From: a bacterium
Lineage (GTDB): Bacteria; Bacteroidota; Bacteroidia; Bacteroidales; FEN-979
Assembly (NCBI GenBank): GCA_043806735.1
Contig: JAZDGR010000050.1
Span: 280 to 64,279 of the forward strand
DNA: 64,000 bases
Direction: 5' to 3'
Within the stretch, counting starts at the first letter, position 1. Each line of letters begins with the position of its first letter. Shown one piece after another: positions 51,509 through 59,047 of this stretch. Both the position numbers and the translations under genes were made by a program. The notes under the pieces are model-generated. The model was not told the origin of the DNA and did not search any database. It saw only the letters and a list, made by a program, of their open reading frames with translations.

Positions 51509-51670
51509 ATGGAGAACAAAACCGAAACTCTTTTGAAATGGCAAAAGCCCATGATTGAAGTGAAGGAAATTTTTGAAAAAACTGCCTTAAATTGTGATGG
51601 CAGCCCCTTTAACAATCAACAAACTAACCCGAAGCAAAGCGCCGGTTCTTGTGGCTATTGGTACAGTTAA
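51509..51670 (+). CDS. Putative RiPP precursor peptide, 53 aa (absent from the ORF track)
   Basis: MENKTETLLKWQKPMIEVKEIFEKTALNCDGSPFNNQQTNPKQSAGSCGYWYS; WxxPxI RRE-type leader motif; directly after the rSAM gene; AAGGA upstream of the ATG. Confidence 0.85.
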   Translation: MENKTETLLKWQKPMIEVKEIFEKTALNCDGSPFNNQQTNPKQSAGSCGYWYS

Positions 51671-51680
51671 TGTTACCTAC

Positions 51681-51715
51681 CTATTTCAATCCAGCCAAAC
51701 CAGCCATTGAAATAG
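51681..51715 (+). terminator. Stem-loop after the precursor gene (stabiliser or partial terminator)
   Basis: CTATTTCAAT / ATTGAAATAG 10-bp inverted repeat, 15-nt loop, no clear U tract. Confidence 0.5.
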
Positions 51716-51809
51716 ATTAAGAACATTTTCTTCAGGTATTGCTTTGAATAACCCATGGATTGTATCTTATCTTACAAGATGCAATTTTTGGGTTTTTTAT
51801 GTAACTAGG

Positions 51810-52745
51810 GTGACGACAAAATACGTATACATCTCTTCTCTTCCGCGCAGCGGATCTACGTTGCTTTCCATGCTACTGGGTTCGCATGAAAAGATATTCT
51901 CCCCGGGAGAATTTGTATTGTTCGGTCAGGCGCTTCAGTCTAATTCAACCTGTACCTGCGGGAAACCCATCCGGGAATGCGACTTCTGGGGGTTTATCAT
52001 TGAAAAGCTGACTCAGCAAGGTTTTACAGGCAAACAGGAAAACGGGGGTAACTTTGTTACGCTGGTTTATCCTTTTGAATTCATGAAATCACGGCTTCAG
52101 AAAAGCCTGATAAAACTTTATTACTATGCCTTGCTTCATCATAGCCGGTTCTTAATCGATATTGCGACAGCAAATAGAAAAGGGTATCCCTATCATATGA
52201 AAAAGGCAGTAACTAATTCAACTATCCTGCTCGAGAACCTGTACCAATATTTTCCTGACCCGGATACCATCATACTGGATGCCAGTAAAACGGTCACTAC
52301 ATTGAATCACCTGTACATCAAACAACCCTTTCCGGTGAAAGTGATCGCTTTGATCAGGGACGGGCGGGGCTCCGTAAATTCCTGGCTCAAGTCTGACCAG
52401 ACATCGTTCATTGATACTGTCAAATCCTGGCAGTTCCATATGGAGACCCAGCAAAAGTCGCTTAAGGGCATCAAGGCCGGGGATAAAATCTTTGTCAGGT
52501 ACGAAGACCTTTGCAGGAATCCTGAAGGTGAATTAAAACGGCTGTGTGATTTTTTAGAGATACCCTACCAGGGGAAAATGTTAGCAATGGAGGGTCCGTT
52601 TCACATGCTGGGGGGCAATCCCGGGACGTATGCAAGCACCAAAACGATCCGTCTTGATAACGGGTGGGCGTGTAGTTTTGATAAGGAACAGCTGACTTTG
52701 TTCGACGAACTGGCCGGATCCCTGAACAAGGAGCTGGGGTATTGA
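51810..52745 (+). CDS. PAPS-dependent sulfotransferase
   Basis: SLPRSGSTLL 5'-PSB loop, ILDASK, LIRDGRGSVNS 3'-PB, VRYEDLC..P; likely GTG start at 51810. Confidence 0.88.
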   Translation: MTTKYVYISSLPRSGSTLLSMLLGSHEKIFSPGEFVLFGQALQSNSTCTCGKPIRECDFWGFIIEKLTQQGFTGKQENGGNFVTLVYPFEFMKSRLQKSLIKLYYYALLHHSRFLIDIATANRKGYPYHMKKAVTNSTILLENLYQYFPDPDTIILDASKTVTTLNHLYIKQPFPVKVIALIRDGRGSVNSWLKSDQTSFIDTVKSWQFHMETQQKSLKGIKAGDKIFVRYEDLCRNPEGELKRLCDFLEIPYQGKMLAMEGPFHMLGGNPGTYASTKTIRLDNGWACSFDKEQLTLFDELAGSLNKELGY

Positions 52746-52768
52746 GGGGATCTACCCCATCCCCCCAG

Positions 52769-52794
52769 CCCCCTTCCCCAGGAAGGGAAGGGGG
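52769..52794. repeat. GC-rich hairpin (REP-like or terminator) closing the cluster
   Basis: CCCCCTTCCC-caggaa-GGGAAGGGGG, followed by AAGTACG-type heptamers. Confidence 0.6.
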
Positions 52795-52867
52795 AGTGCA
52801 AAGTACGAAGTCAGATGTACGAAGTACGAGGAAAGTTAGAAGGCAGGAATAAGAATCCTAAAAATTT

Positions 52868-52909
52868 GTCAGGTAACTACCGGTATTTACCTGACTTTTT
52901 TTATCTTTG
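52868..52909 (+). promoter_or_regulatory. Palindromic operator and -7 box of the AbiE operon
   Basis: GTCAGGTAA-c-TACCGGTA-t-TTACCTGAC (28 bp, one mismatched pair), then TATCTTTG at 52902-52909. Confidence 0.7.
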
Positions 52910-52927
52910 CAGCAAATATCAATTTCA

Positions 52928-53653
52928 ATGAAAACAACAGATATTATTGGTGATAAAATAAACAGGCTTCCGGTTGGCTATGTTTTCACCTATGAGTATT
53001 TTAATCTGCCGGTGGACAAGATTGATGCCCTTACCAAGGCCCTTAGCCGTTTGGTACAGGAGGGTAGGATTCGTAAACTCTCTCCAGGCAGGTTCTATAA
53101 ACCCCGACTTACTGAATTTGGAGAACTGCAACCTGAAGTTTACCAGGTGGTGAAGGACCTGCTGGAACAAAATGGTAAAATTTCCGGATACCTTACCGGA
53201 TATTCTGTTTACAACCAACTCGGCCTTACGACTCAGGTTTCCGGTATCATTCAGATTGGCACCAACGAAATGAAAAAAAGCATCACACGGGGCATGTATA
53301 AAATCCGCTTTATGAAGCAGCCAAATAAAATAACCAGAGAAAACATACCCCTGCTGCGCATTCTCGATGCAATCCGTAACATCAAAGAAATCCCTGATAC
53401 TACTATAGAGCAATCCTGTAAAACCCTTTTAACACTCATCAAAAAAATCAATAAATCAGACAGGGAAACATTCCTGCGTCTTGCAAAAAAATACAACCCT
53501 GCTGCACGTGCCATGACCGGTGCAATTTTTGAAATTTGTTTTAGCCCAAAGGCAGCCGAGCCACTGTATAAATCATTGAATCCATCGTCATCATACAAAT
53601 TTGGAATATCAGCAAATATATTACCTAACAAACAACAATGGAATATCCTATGA
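52928..53653 (+). CDS. AbiEi-type (DUF6088-like) antitoxin
   Basis: wHTH KALSRLVQEGRIRKLSPGRFYKP; YNQLGLTTQV; ATGA overlap with the AbiEii gene. Confidence 0.82.
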   Translation: MKTTDIIGDKINRLPVGYVFTYEYFNLPVDKIDALTKALSRLVQEGRIRKLSPGRFYKPRLTEFGELQPEVYQVVKDLLEQNGKISGYLTGYSVYNQLGLTTQVSGIIQIGTNEMKKSITRGMYKIRFMKQPNKITRENIPLLRILDAIRNIKEIPDTTIEQSCKTLLTLIKKINKSDRETFLRLAKKYNPAARAMTGAIFEICFSPKAAEPLYKSLNPSSSYKFGISANILPNKQQWNIL

Positions 53654-54612
53654 ACCTGCACAACGAAAAAAGTTCATTCACAGCCGCTATACAGGCTGCA
53701 TCCGACAGATTAGGAATACTTCCGGTATTTATTGAAAAAGACTACTGGATTACATTGGTATTAAAAAGACTTTCAGAAAGCAAATTCAATGATAGTGTCG
53801 TTTTCAAAGGTGGTACATCTCTCTCTAAGGGACACAAACTCATCAATCGCTTTTCTGATGACATTGATATTGCTGTAATCAATGTTCCTGATATGTCGTG
53901 CAATAAAGTGAAAAATCTTATTCGTGATGTGGAAAAATATATTTCTGCAGACCTGGCAGAAATTACAGATTCTCCGTATGCGAGCAAGGGCTCACGTTTC
54001 AGAAAATCCATTTTCACTTATCCTAAAACAGGAGATTCTCGCTTTTATCAAGAGGTTTCAGACAAATTGAGTATTGAAATAAATTCCTTTGCCAATCCTT
54101 ATCCTTACGAAAAGCGCGAAATCAACAGCCTTATCAGTACGTCTCTCGCATTAAACAATCAAACTGACCTGATAAAGAAATATGAATTAATGCCATTCGC
54201 AATAAATGTCCTTCATACGAATCAGACTCTGCTCGAAAAACTGGTTTCTTTATTCAGATCTTCTTTTGAGAAAGACCCGGTCGCTGGCATTTCTGGTAAA
54301 ATCCGACATTTCTATGATTTGTTTTATCTTTTATCTGATAAGGATTGTAAAGCACTCATAGATTCTGAAGATTTCTCTGCTCAATTCAATGATGTCTGGT
54401 CCCGTGATCAGGTTACTTTTGATGAACCGGAAGGATGGCAGGATAAATCAGTTTCTGAATCACCTTTGTTTCTCATATTTCCTGAATTATGGGATGCACT
54501 AAGAAGTACTTACAACAAGGAATTATTTGCTTTGGCCTTCGCTGAAATCCCTGAAGAAAGAAAGGTTGCAGATGCTTTTATGTACATTATTAACAAGATT
54601 TCCAAGGCTTGA
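53650..54612 (+). CDS. AbiEii/AbiGii-family nucleotidyltransferase toxin
   Basis: IEKDYW, VFKGGTSLSK, RFSDDIDI, TLLEK, RHFYDL. Confidence 0.9.
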   Translation: MNLHNEKSSFTAAIQAASDRLGILPVFIEKDYWITLVLKRLSESKFNDSVVFKGGTSLSKGHKLINRFSDDIDIAVINVPDMSCNKVKNLIRDVEKYISADLAEITDSPYASKGSRFRKSIFTYPKTGDSRFYQEVSDKLSIEINSFANPYPYEKREINSLISTSLALNNQTDLIKKYELMPFAINVLHTNQTLLEKLVSLFRSSFEKDPVAGISGKIRHFYDLFYLLSDKDCKALIDSEDFSAQFNDVWSRDQVTFDEPEGWQDKSVSESPLFLIFPELWDALRSTYNKELFALAFAEIPEERKVADAFMYIINKISKA

Positions 54613-54708
54613 TACACATAAGAGAATAGATTCGTACATAATCCCTCGTGCTTCTTGATTGGTAATTAAGGTTACATTTGCACACAAAAAAACAAATCAA
54701 ACTACAAT

Positions 54709-55005
54709 ATGTATATCTCCATCATGAGCCACTTCATTGATGATAACGGAAACATTGCAAAAGAAATGCATAAAGAAGGCAGAGAACTCGCAAGTTTCTT
54801 TGCACTTCTTGTCGATACGGCCACGAAGAACTATCCTTCACCTGTAAAATCCTCCGGGATAAGATGCAGGAAGAAAAAGTGTACAGGCACCATTGTTATT
54901 GGGATGGATACTGAAAATGAAGTAATTGAGTGGCATTGCACAACATGCAACGAAGGTGGAAAAATAAGTGGCTGGCAAGGTAGCAAGTGGGATAATCGGA
55001 AATAG
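54709..55005 (+). CDS. Small Zn-ribbon-like hypothetical protein
   Basis: CRKKKC...WHCTTC...ISGWQGSKWD. Confidence 0.65.
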   Translation: MYISIMSHFIDDNGNIAKEMHKEGRELASFFALLVDTATKNYPSPVKSSGIRCRKKKCTGTIVIGMDTENEVIEWHCTTCNEGGKISGWQGSKWDNRK

Positions 55006-55014
55006 TTTCTAGTC

Positions 55015-55215
55015 CTATCGCAATTTTTCATTAACATACTCCACCACCCCCTCCATATCCAGCTCTTTATTTGAAGAGAAGTAGCGGATGAAGTGTAAGC
55101 CGAATTCAATCCGTTGGCGGTTCACGGTAATTCTTTCATAGATTGGCATGGTGCCATCTTTTAGCACTTTTGTTCTTTTGATGAAGAACAAGAGGGTACA
55201 TGTTGCTCGTGTCAT
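55015..55215 (-). pseudogene. Truncated tyrosine integrase (N-terminal arm-DNA-binding domain only)
   Basis: TLLFFIKRTK..KDGTMPIYERITVNRQRIEF matches the N-terminus of Bacteroidota integrases; no catalytic domain follows; lies downstream of a tRNA 3' end. Confidence 0.75.
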
Positions 55216-55452
55216 AGCTCTGATTTTAGGTTTACAAAACTAGATTTTCAGAGCAAAAGAGTGAAATGCAAAGTACTGCAAATCAGTGAGAAATCACCTA
55301 AATAGGTGGACTTGGCTGTTTTCGATTTTAGTCCACCGATTAGTCCACCTCATTAGTGCATTTTTCTGCGTTTTTTAGCGTTTTCGGCAAAAAAGAAAAC
55401 CACTGAAAGCGCAGAATTTCAGTTGTTTACGTTAACTTGCTTTATTATTCAG

Positions 55453-55541
55453 CGGAGAGACAGGGATTCGAACCCTGGGACCCAGTTACCCGGGTCAACG
55501 GTTTTCGAGACCGCCCCATTCGACCGCTCTGGCATCTCTCC
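55453..55541 (-). tRNA. tRNA-Ser(CGA)
   Basis: Reverse complement GGAGAGATGCCAGAGCGG...GCGGTCT-CGA-AAACCGT, long variable arm, GGTTCGAATCC, TCTCTCC-G. Confidence 0.96.
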
Positions 55542-55759
55542 GGAATCAGTGAACAGTGAAAAGTGAACAGTGAAAAGCATTAATTGTTCATTGTTCGTTG
55601 TTCATTGTTCATTTTGATCGGCAAAATTAGGAAGGTTTAAGGAGATAAAAAAGCAATCGTTGATCCATAAATCCCGTTTATTCGTCCATTAAGGTTGCAT
55701 ATGGTGGTGAATACAAATACCTTTGTGCCGAACTAGTTTTTAATAGAAAAGGATATCAT

Positions 55760-57229
55760 ATGAAACGATTTTTTGCCATAATCAGTCTGTCACTATTTCT
55801 TTCCTCATCCGGAGCCGATGCACGCAACTTGTGGGCATACCTGAGTTATGCGACGTTTTCCTCTCCGGACGGTCCCTATATTGAAACCTATTTGTCGGTG
55901 GACGCAAGCACGGTTTTATTTGTAAGACAGGAAGACGGAAACTACCAGGCTGCTGTAAACATCATCATGACTTTCAAACAAAATGACGAGATCAAAGCCT
56001 ATAAAAAATATGAACTGAAAAGTCCGACCGTAGCAGATACGATGAACCGCAACTTCCAGTTCATTGATCAGCAGAGATTCCTTCTCCCTAATGGGATGTA
56101 TGATTTCGAAGTTCAGCTGATGGATCAGAATAAAAAGGGTCAGCTTGCACCTATGCCCTATACACAGACTGTAACCATCGACTATCCTGCAGGAAAGCCG
56201 GCTGTTTCAGGTATTGAGCTGATCAAGAGCTATACTAAAAACGAGGCACAGAGTGCAATCAGCAAATCGGGGTTCGACCTGGTCCCGTTTGTGTTTAGTT
56301 TCTATCCTTCCGTCGACAACCGGATGATCTTTTACTTTGAGGTTTACCATATGGACCAATATGCGGGAGCAGGGGAAAAATATCTTCTCTCCTATTTTGT
56401 TGAGACTTTCGAGAACAGTCAGCTGGTTAGAGATCTGGCAAAGAGCAAGAAGGAAATCGCAAAGCCGGTAACTCCCATCCTCGCTGATTTCAATATCAAC
56501 AACCTTCCGACTGGCAATTTTAACCTGGCGGTTGAAGTCCGGGATCAGAAAAACAATGTTCTGGCTTCCCGGAAACTGTTTTTTCAGCGAAGTAATCCCA
56601 ATGCAGAGATGATCATGGAAGATTTGACGATGGCAAATACTGTAAGCTCTTTTGTCGAAAAATATACCTATGCTGACAGTCTGAGAGAATATGTAAGTTC
56701 GACCTATCCGATCTCTTCTGCGCTGGAGAAGAACTTCCTGAAAGGGAATCTGAAAACCGCCAGCCTTGGGGTGCTGCAGCAATATTTTCTCGGGTTCTGG
56801 CAGCGGCGCGATCCTGCCAATCCTCAAAAAGCCTGGGAAAATTACAAATACCAGGTGGAGGTAGCCCAGCACAATTTCGGAACCCCGGTAAAAAAAGGCT
56901 ATCAAACCGACCGGGGGAGGGTTTTTCTTCAGTACGGGGCACCGAACGTCCGCGTGGAACGGGCCAACGAACCCAGCAACTACCCTTATGAGATCTGGCA
57001 ATATTATTCCCTCGGCAACCAGACCAACCGGAAATTCGTTTTTTACTCTCCCGACATGGTTACCAGTGATTTCTTCCTCCTGCACTCCGACGCCATCGGT
57101 GAGATCTACAATCCCCGCTGGCAGGTCGACCTCCGGAGCCGGATGTACCAAACCCTCGACATTTCCGATACCCAGGTAATCAATGCCTGGGGCGACATGC
57201 AGGAAGATTACTGGACCCTGCCCTATTAA
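55760..57229 (+). CDS. GWxTD-domain protein
   Basis: FWQRRDP, KGYQTDRGRVFLQYGAP, YPYEIWQY; signal peptide. Confidence 0.88.
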   Translation: MKRFFAIISLSLFLSSSGADARNLWAYLSYATFSSPDGPYIETYLSVDASTVLFVRQEDGNYQAAVNIIMTFKQNDEIKAYKKYELKSPTVADTMNRNFQFIDQQRFLLPNGMYDFEVQLMDQNKKGQLAPMPYTQTVTIDYPAGKPAVSGIELIKSYTKNEAQSAISKSGFDLVPFVFSFYPSVDNRMIFYFEVYHMDQYAGAGEKYLLSYFVETFENSQLVRDLAKSKKEIAKPVTPILADFNINNLPTGNFNLAVEVRDQKNNVLASRKLFFQRSNPNAEMIMEDLTMANTVSSFVEKYTYADSLREYVSSTYPISSALEKNFLKGNLKTASLGVLQQYFLGFWQRRDPANPQKAWENYKYQVEVAQHNFGTPVKKGYQTDRGRVFLQYGAPNVRVERANEPSNYPYEIWQYYSLGNQTNRKFVFYSPDMVTSDFFLLHSDAIGEIYNPRWQVDLRSRMYQTLDISDTQVINAWGDMQEDYWTLPY

Positions 57230-57283
57230 TAATTACGAATTACGAAGTTCGAAGTACGAATTAAGGGTGAGAATTTTGTACAT

Positions 57284-58330
57284 TTGGGCCTTATTTTCAC
57301 ACCTGTGTATAGTGTTGCAGTCGTCATCCTGAACTGGAACGGGAAAAAATATCTTGAGCAATTCCTCCCTTCCTTGATTCAACATACGGGATCTGACGCT
57401 GAAATCATTGTAGCTGACAATGCTTCATCAGATGATTCTGTTCCTTTCCTGCAACAGCATTTCCCTTCCGTACGAATCATCCGGAATTCTGAAAACTGGG
57501 GATTTGCGCGGGGCTATAACCTGGCGTTACGTCAGATTGACGCCAAATATTATGTCTTGCTAAACTCTGATATCGAAGTTACTGCCGGCTGGCTGAACCC
57601 TGTCATCCGGTTGATGGAACAGGATCCCAGTGTGGGAGCCTGCCAGCCCAAGATCCGTTCCTGGAATAACCGTTCTGCCTTTGAATACGCAGGCGCAGCC
57701 GGAGGTTTCATTGACGAATACGGGTATCCCTTTTGCCGGGGGAGGTTGTTTCTGACTATTGAAGAAGATCACGGTCAGTACGATGATGTGGCAGAGATCT
57801 CCTGGGCAACCGGCGCCTGTATGTTTGTCAGGAGTGACTTGTATCACCGGTTGGGAGGGCTGGACGATGACTTTTTCGCGCATATGGAGGAGATCGATTT
57901 CTGCTGGAGGTTACATAATCATGGCTATAAAGTACTGTATTGTCCCACTTCTGTGGTCTACCATATTGGTGGAGGAACCCTCCCAAAAGCCTCCTGGCGG
58001 AAAACCTACCTCAACTTCCGGAATAATTTCATGGTGCTTTACAAAAACCTTCCCGCCAGGTTTCTGATCAAGGTGTTTGCCGTTCGTTTACTCCTCGACG
58101 GGGTGGCAGCTTACAAATTTTTGTTTCAGGCCGGGTTTAAAGATTTTTGGGCTGTCGCCAGAGCCCATATCAGCTTCTACAAAGCGTTGCCCTCGTTGCG
58201 AAAAAAACGAAAAGCCCTGAAACATGCCAGCATGAAAATGATGTACAAGCGGTCCGTCGTCTTCGACTATTACCTCCGCGGAAAAAAACGTTTCTCCCAG
58301 CTCAATAAGGATAAATTCTTTTCTGCCTGA
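57284..58330 (+). CDS. GT2-family glycosyltransferase
   Basis: VVILNWNG, ADNASSD, LLNSD, WATGAC, FFAHMEEIDFCWR; start may be GTG near 57305. Confidence 0.92.
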   Translation: MGLIFTPVYSVAVVILNWNGKKYLEQFLPSLIQHTGSDAEIIVADNASSDDSVPFLQQHFPSVRIIRNSENWGFARGYNLALRQIDAKYYVLLNSDIEVTAGWLNPVIRLMEQDPSVGACQPKIRSWNNRSAFEYAGAAGGFIDEYGYPFCRGRLFLTIEEDHGQYDDVAEISWATGACMFVRSDLYHRLGGLDDDFFAHMEEIDFCWRLHNHGYKVLYCPTSVVYHIGGGTLPKASWRKTYLNFRNNFMVLYKNLPARFLIKVFAVRLLLDGVAAYKFLFQAGFKDFWAVARAHISFYKALPSLRKKRKALKHASMKMMYKRSVVFDYYLRGKKRFSQLNKDKFFSA

Positions 58331-58331
58331 A

Positions 58332-58754
58332 TCAGGGCTTCTTCAGAAAACTTTCCACAGCCAACCGGTAGGAATCGAGCCCAAATCCGATGATGCTACC
58401 TTGTACATGTGGGGATAACAGAGAGATATGACGAAACGATTCGCGGGCAAAAATATTTGAAATGTGAACCTCCACCACCGGTGTGCTGATCGACTTCACG
58501 GCATCTGCTATCGAAACGGAGGTATGGGTATATCCCCCGGCATTCAGGATGATCCCGTCGTAAATAAAACCAACTTTCTGCAATGCATCAATGATCTCGC
58601 CTTCGACGTTCGACTGATAATATTGTATGGTAATCTCCGGGAATTTTTTTCGTAGCTTTTTCAGGTAGACCTCAAAACTCTCGGTTCCGTATATTTCGGG
58701 CTCCCTTTTACCCAGCAGGTTCAAATTTGGTCCGTTAATGATGATCAGCTTCAT
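58332..58754 (-). CDS. aroQ: Type II 3-dehydroquinate dehydratase
   Basis: INGPNLNLLGKREPEIYG, QSNVEG, THTS, EVHISN. Confidence 0.96.
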   Translation of the reverse strand: MKLIIINGPNLNLLGKREPEIYGTESFEVYLKKLRKKFPEITIQYYQSNVEGEIIDALQKVGFIYDGIILNAGGYTHTSVSIADAVKSISTPVVEVHISNIFARESFRHISLLSPHVQGSIIGFGLDSYRLAVESFLKKP

Positions 58755-58898
58755 GCCGGCTAAACTAAGCGCCAAAGTTATAATAAAAATGGTGAAATGG
58801 TGAAATAGTGAAATGGTGAAATATCCTATGCAATCATGGCAATAAATGGCAATTCATGGCAATTCATGACAATAAATGATTACCTTTGTACCACTATC

Positions 58899-58973
58899 AA
58901 CTAGGGGTGCCTTAAAACACAGGCTGAGATCATACTCTTTGAACCTGATCCGGGTAATGCCGGCGTAGGGATT
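58899..58973 (+). promoter_or_regulatory. TPP riboswitch
   Basis: AGGGGTGC...GGCTGAGAT.ATAC...GAACCTGATCCGGGTAATGCCGGCGTAGGGA matches the THI-box consensus. Confidence 0.93.
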
Positions 58974-59047
58974 AAAATTCAAGCTTTGATTAACTCCTCT
59001 ATTGATCAGTTTATTCAACTATCTATTATCATTAAACTTGATCAATT

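Noticed and set aside
45259..52745. Lasso peptide cluster
   Set aside because: The leader motif and tailoring genes are lasso-like, but no asparagine-synthetase-like cyclase or transglutaminase-like B2 protease is present.
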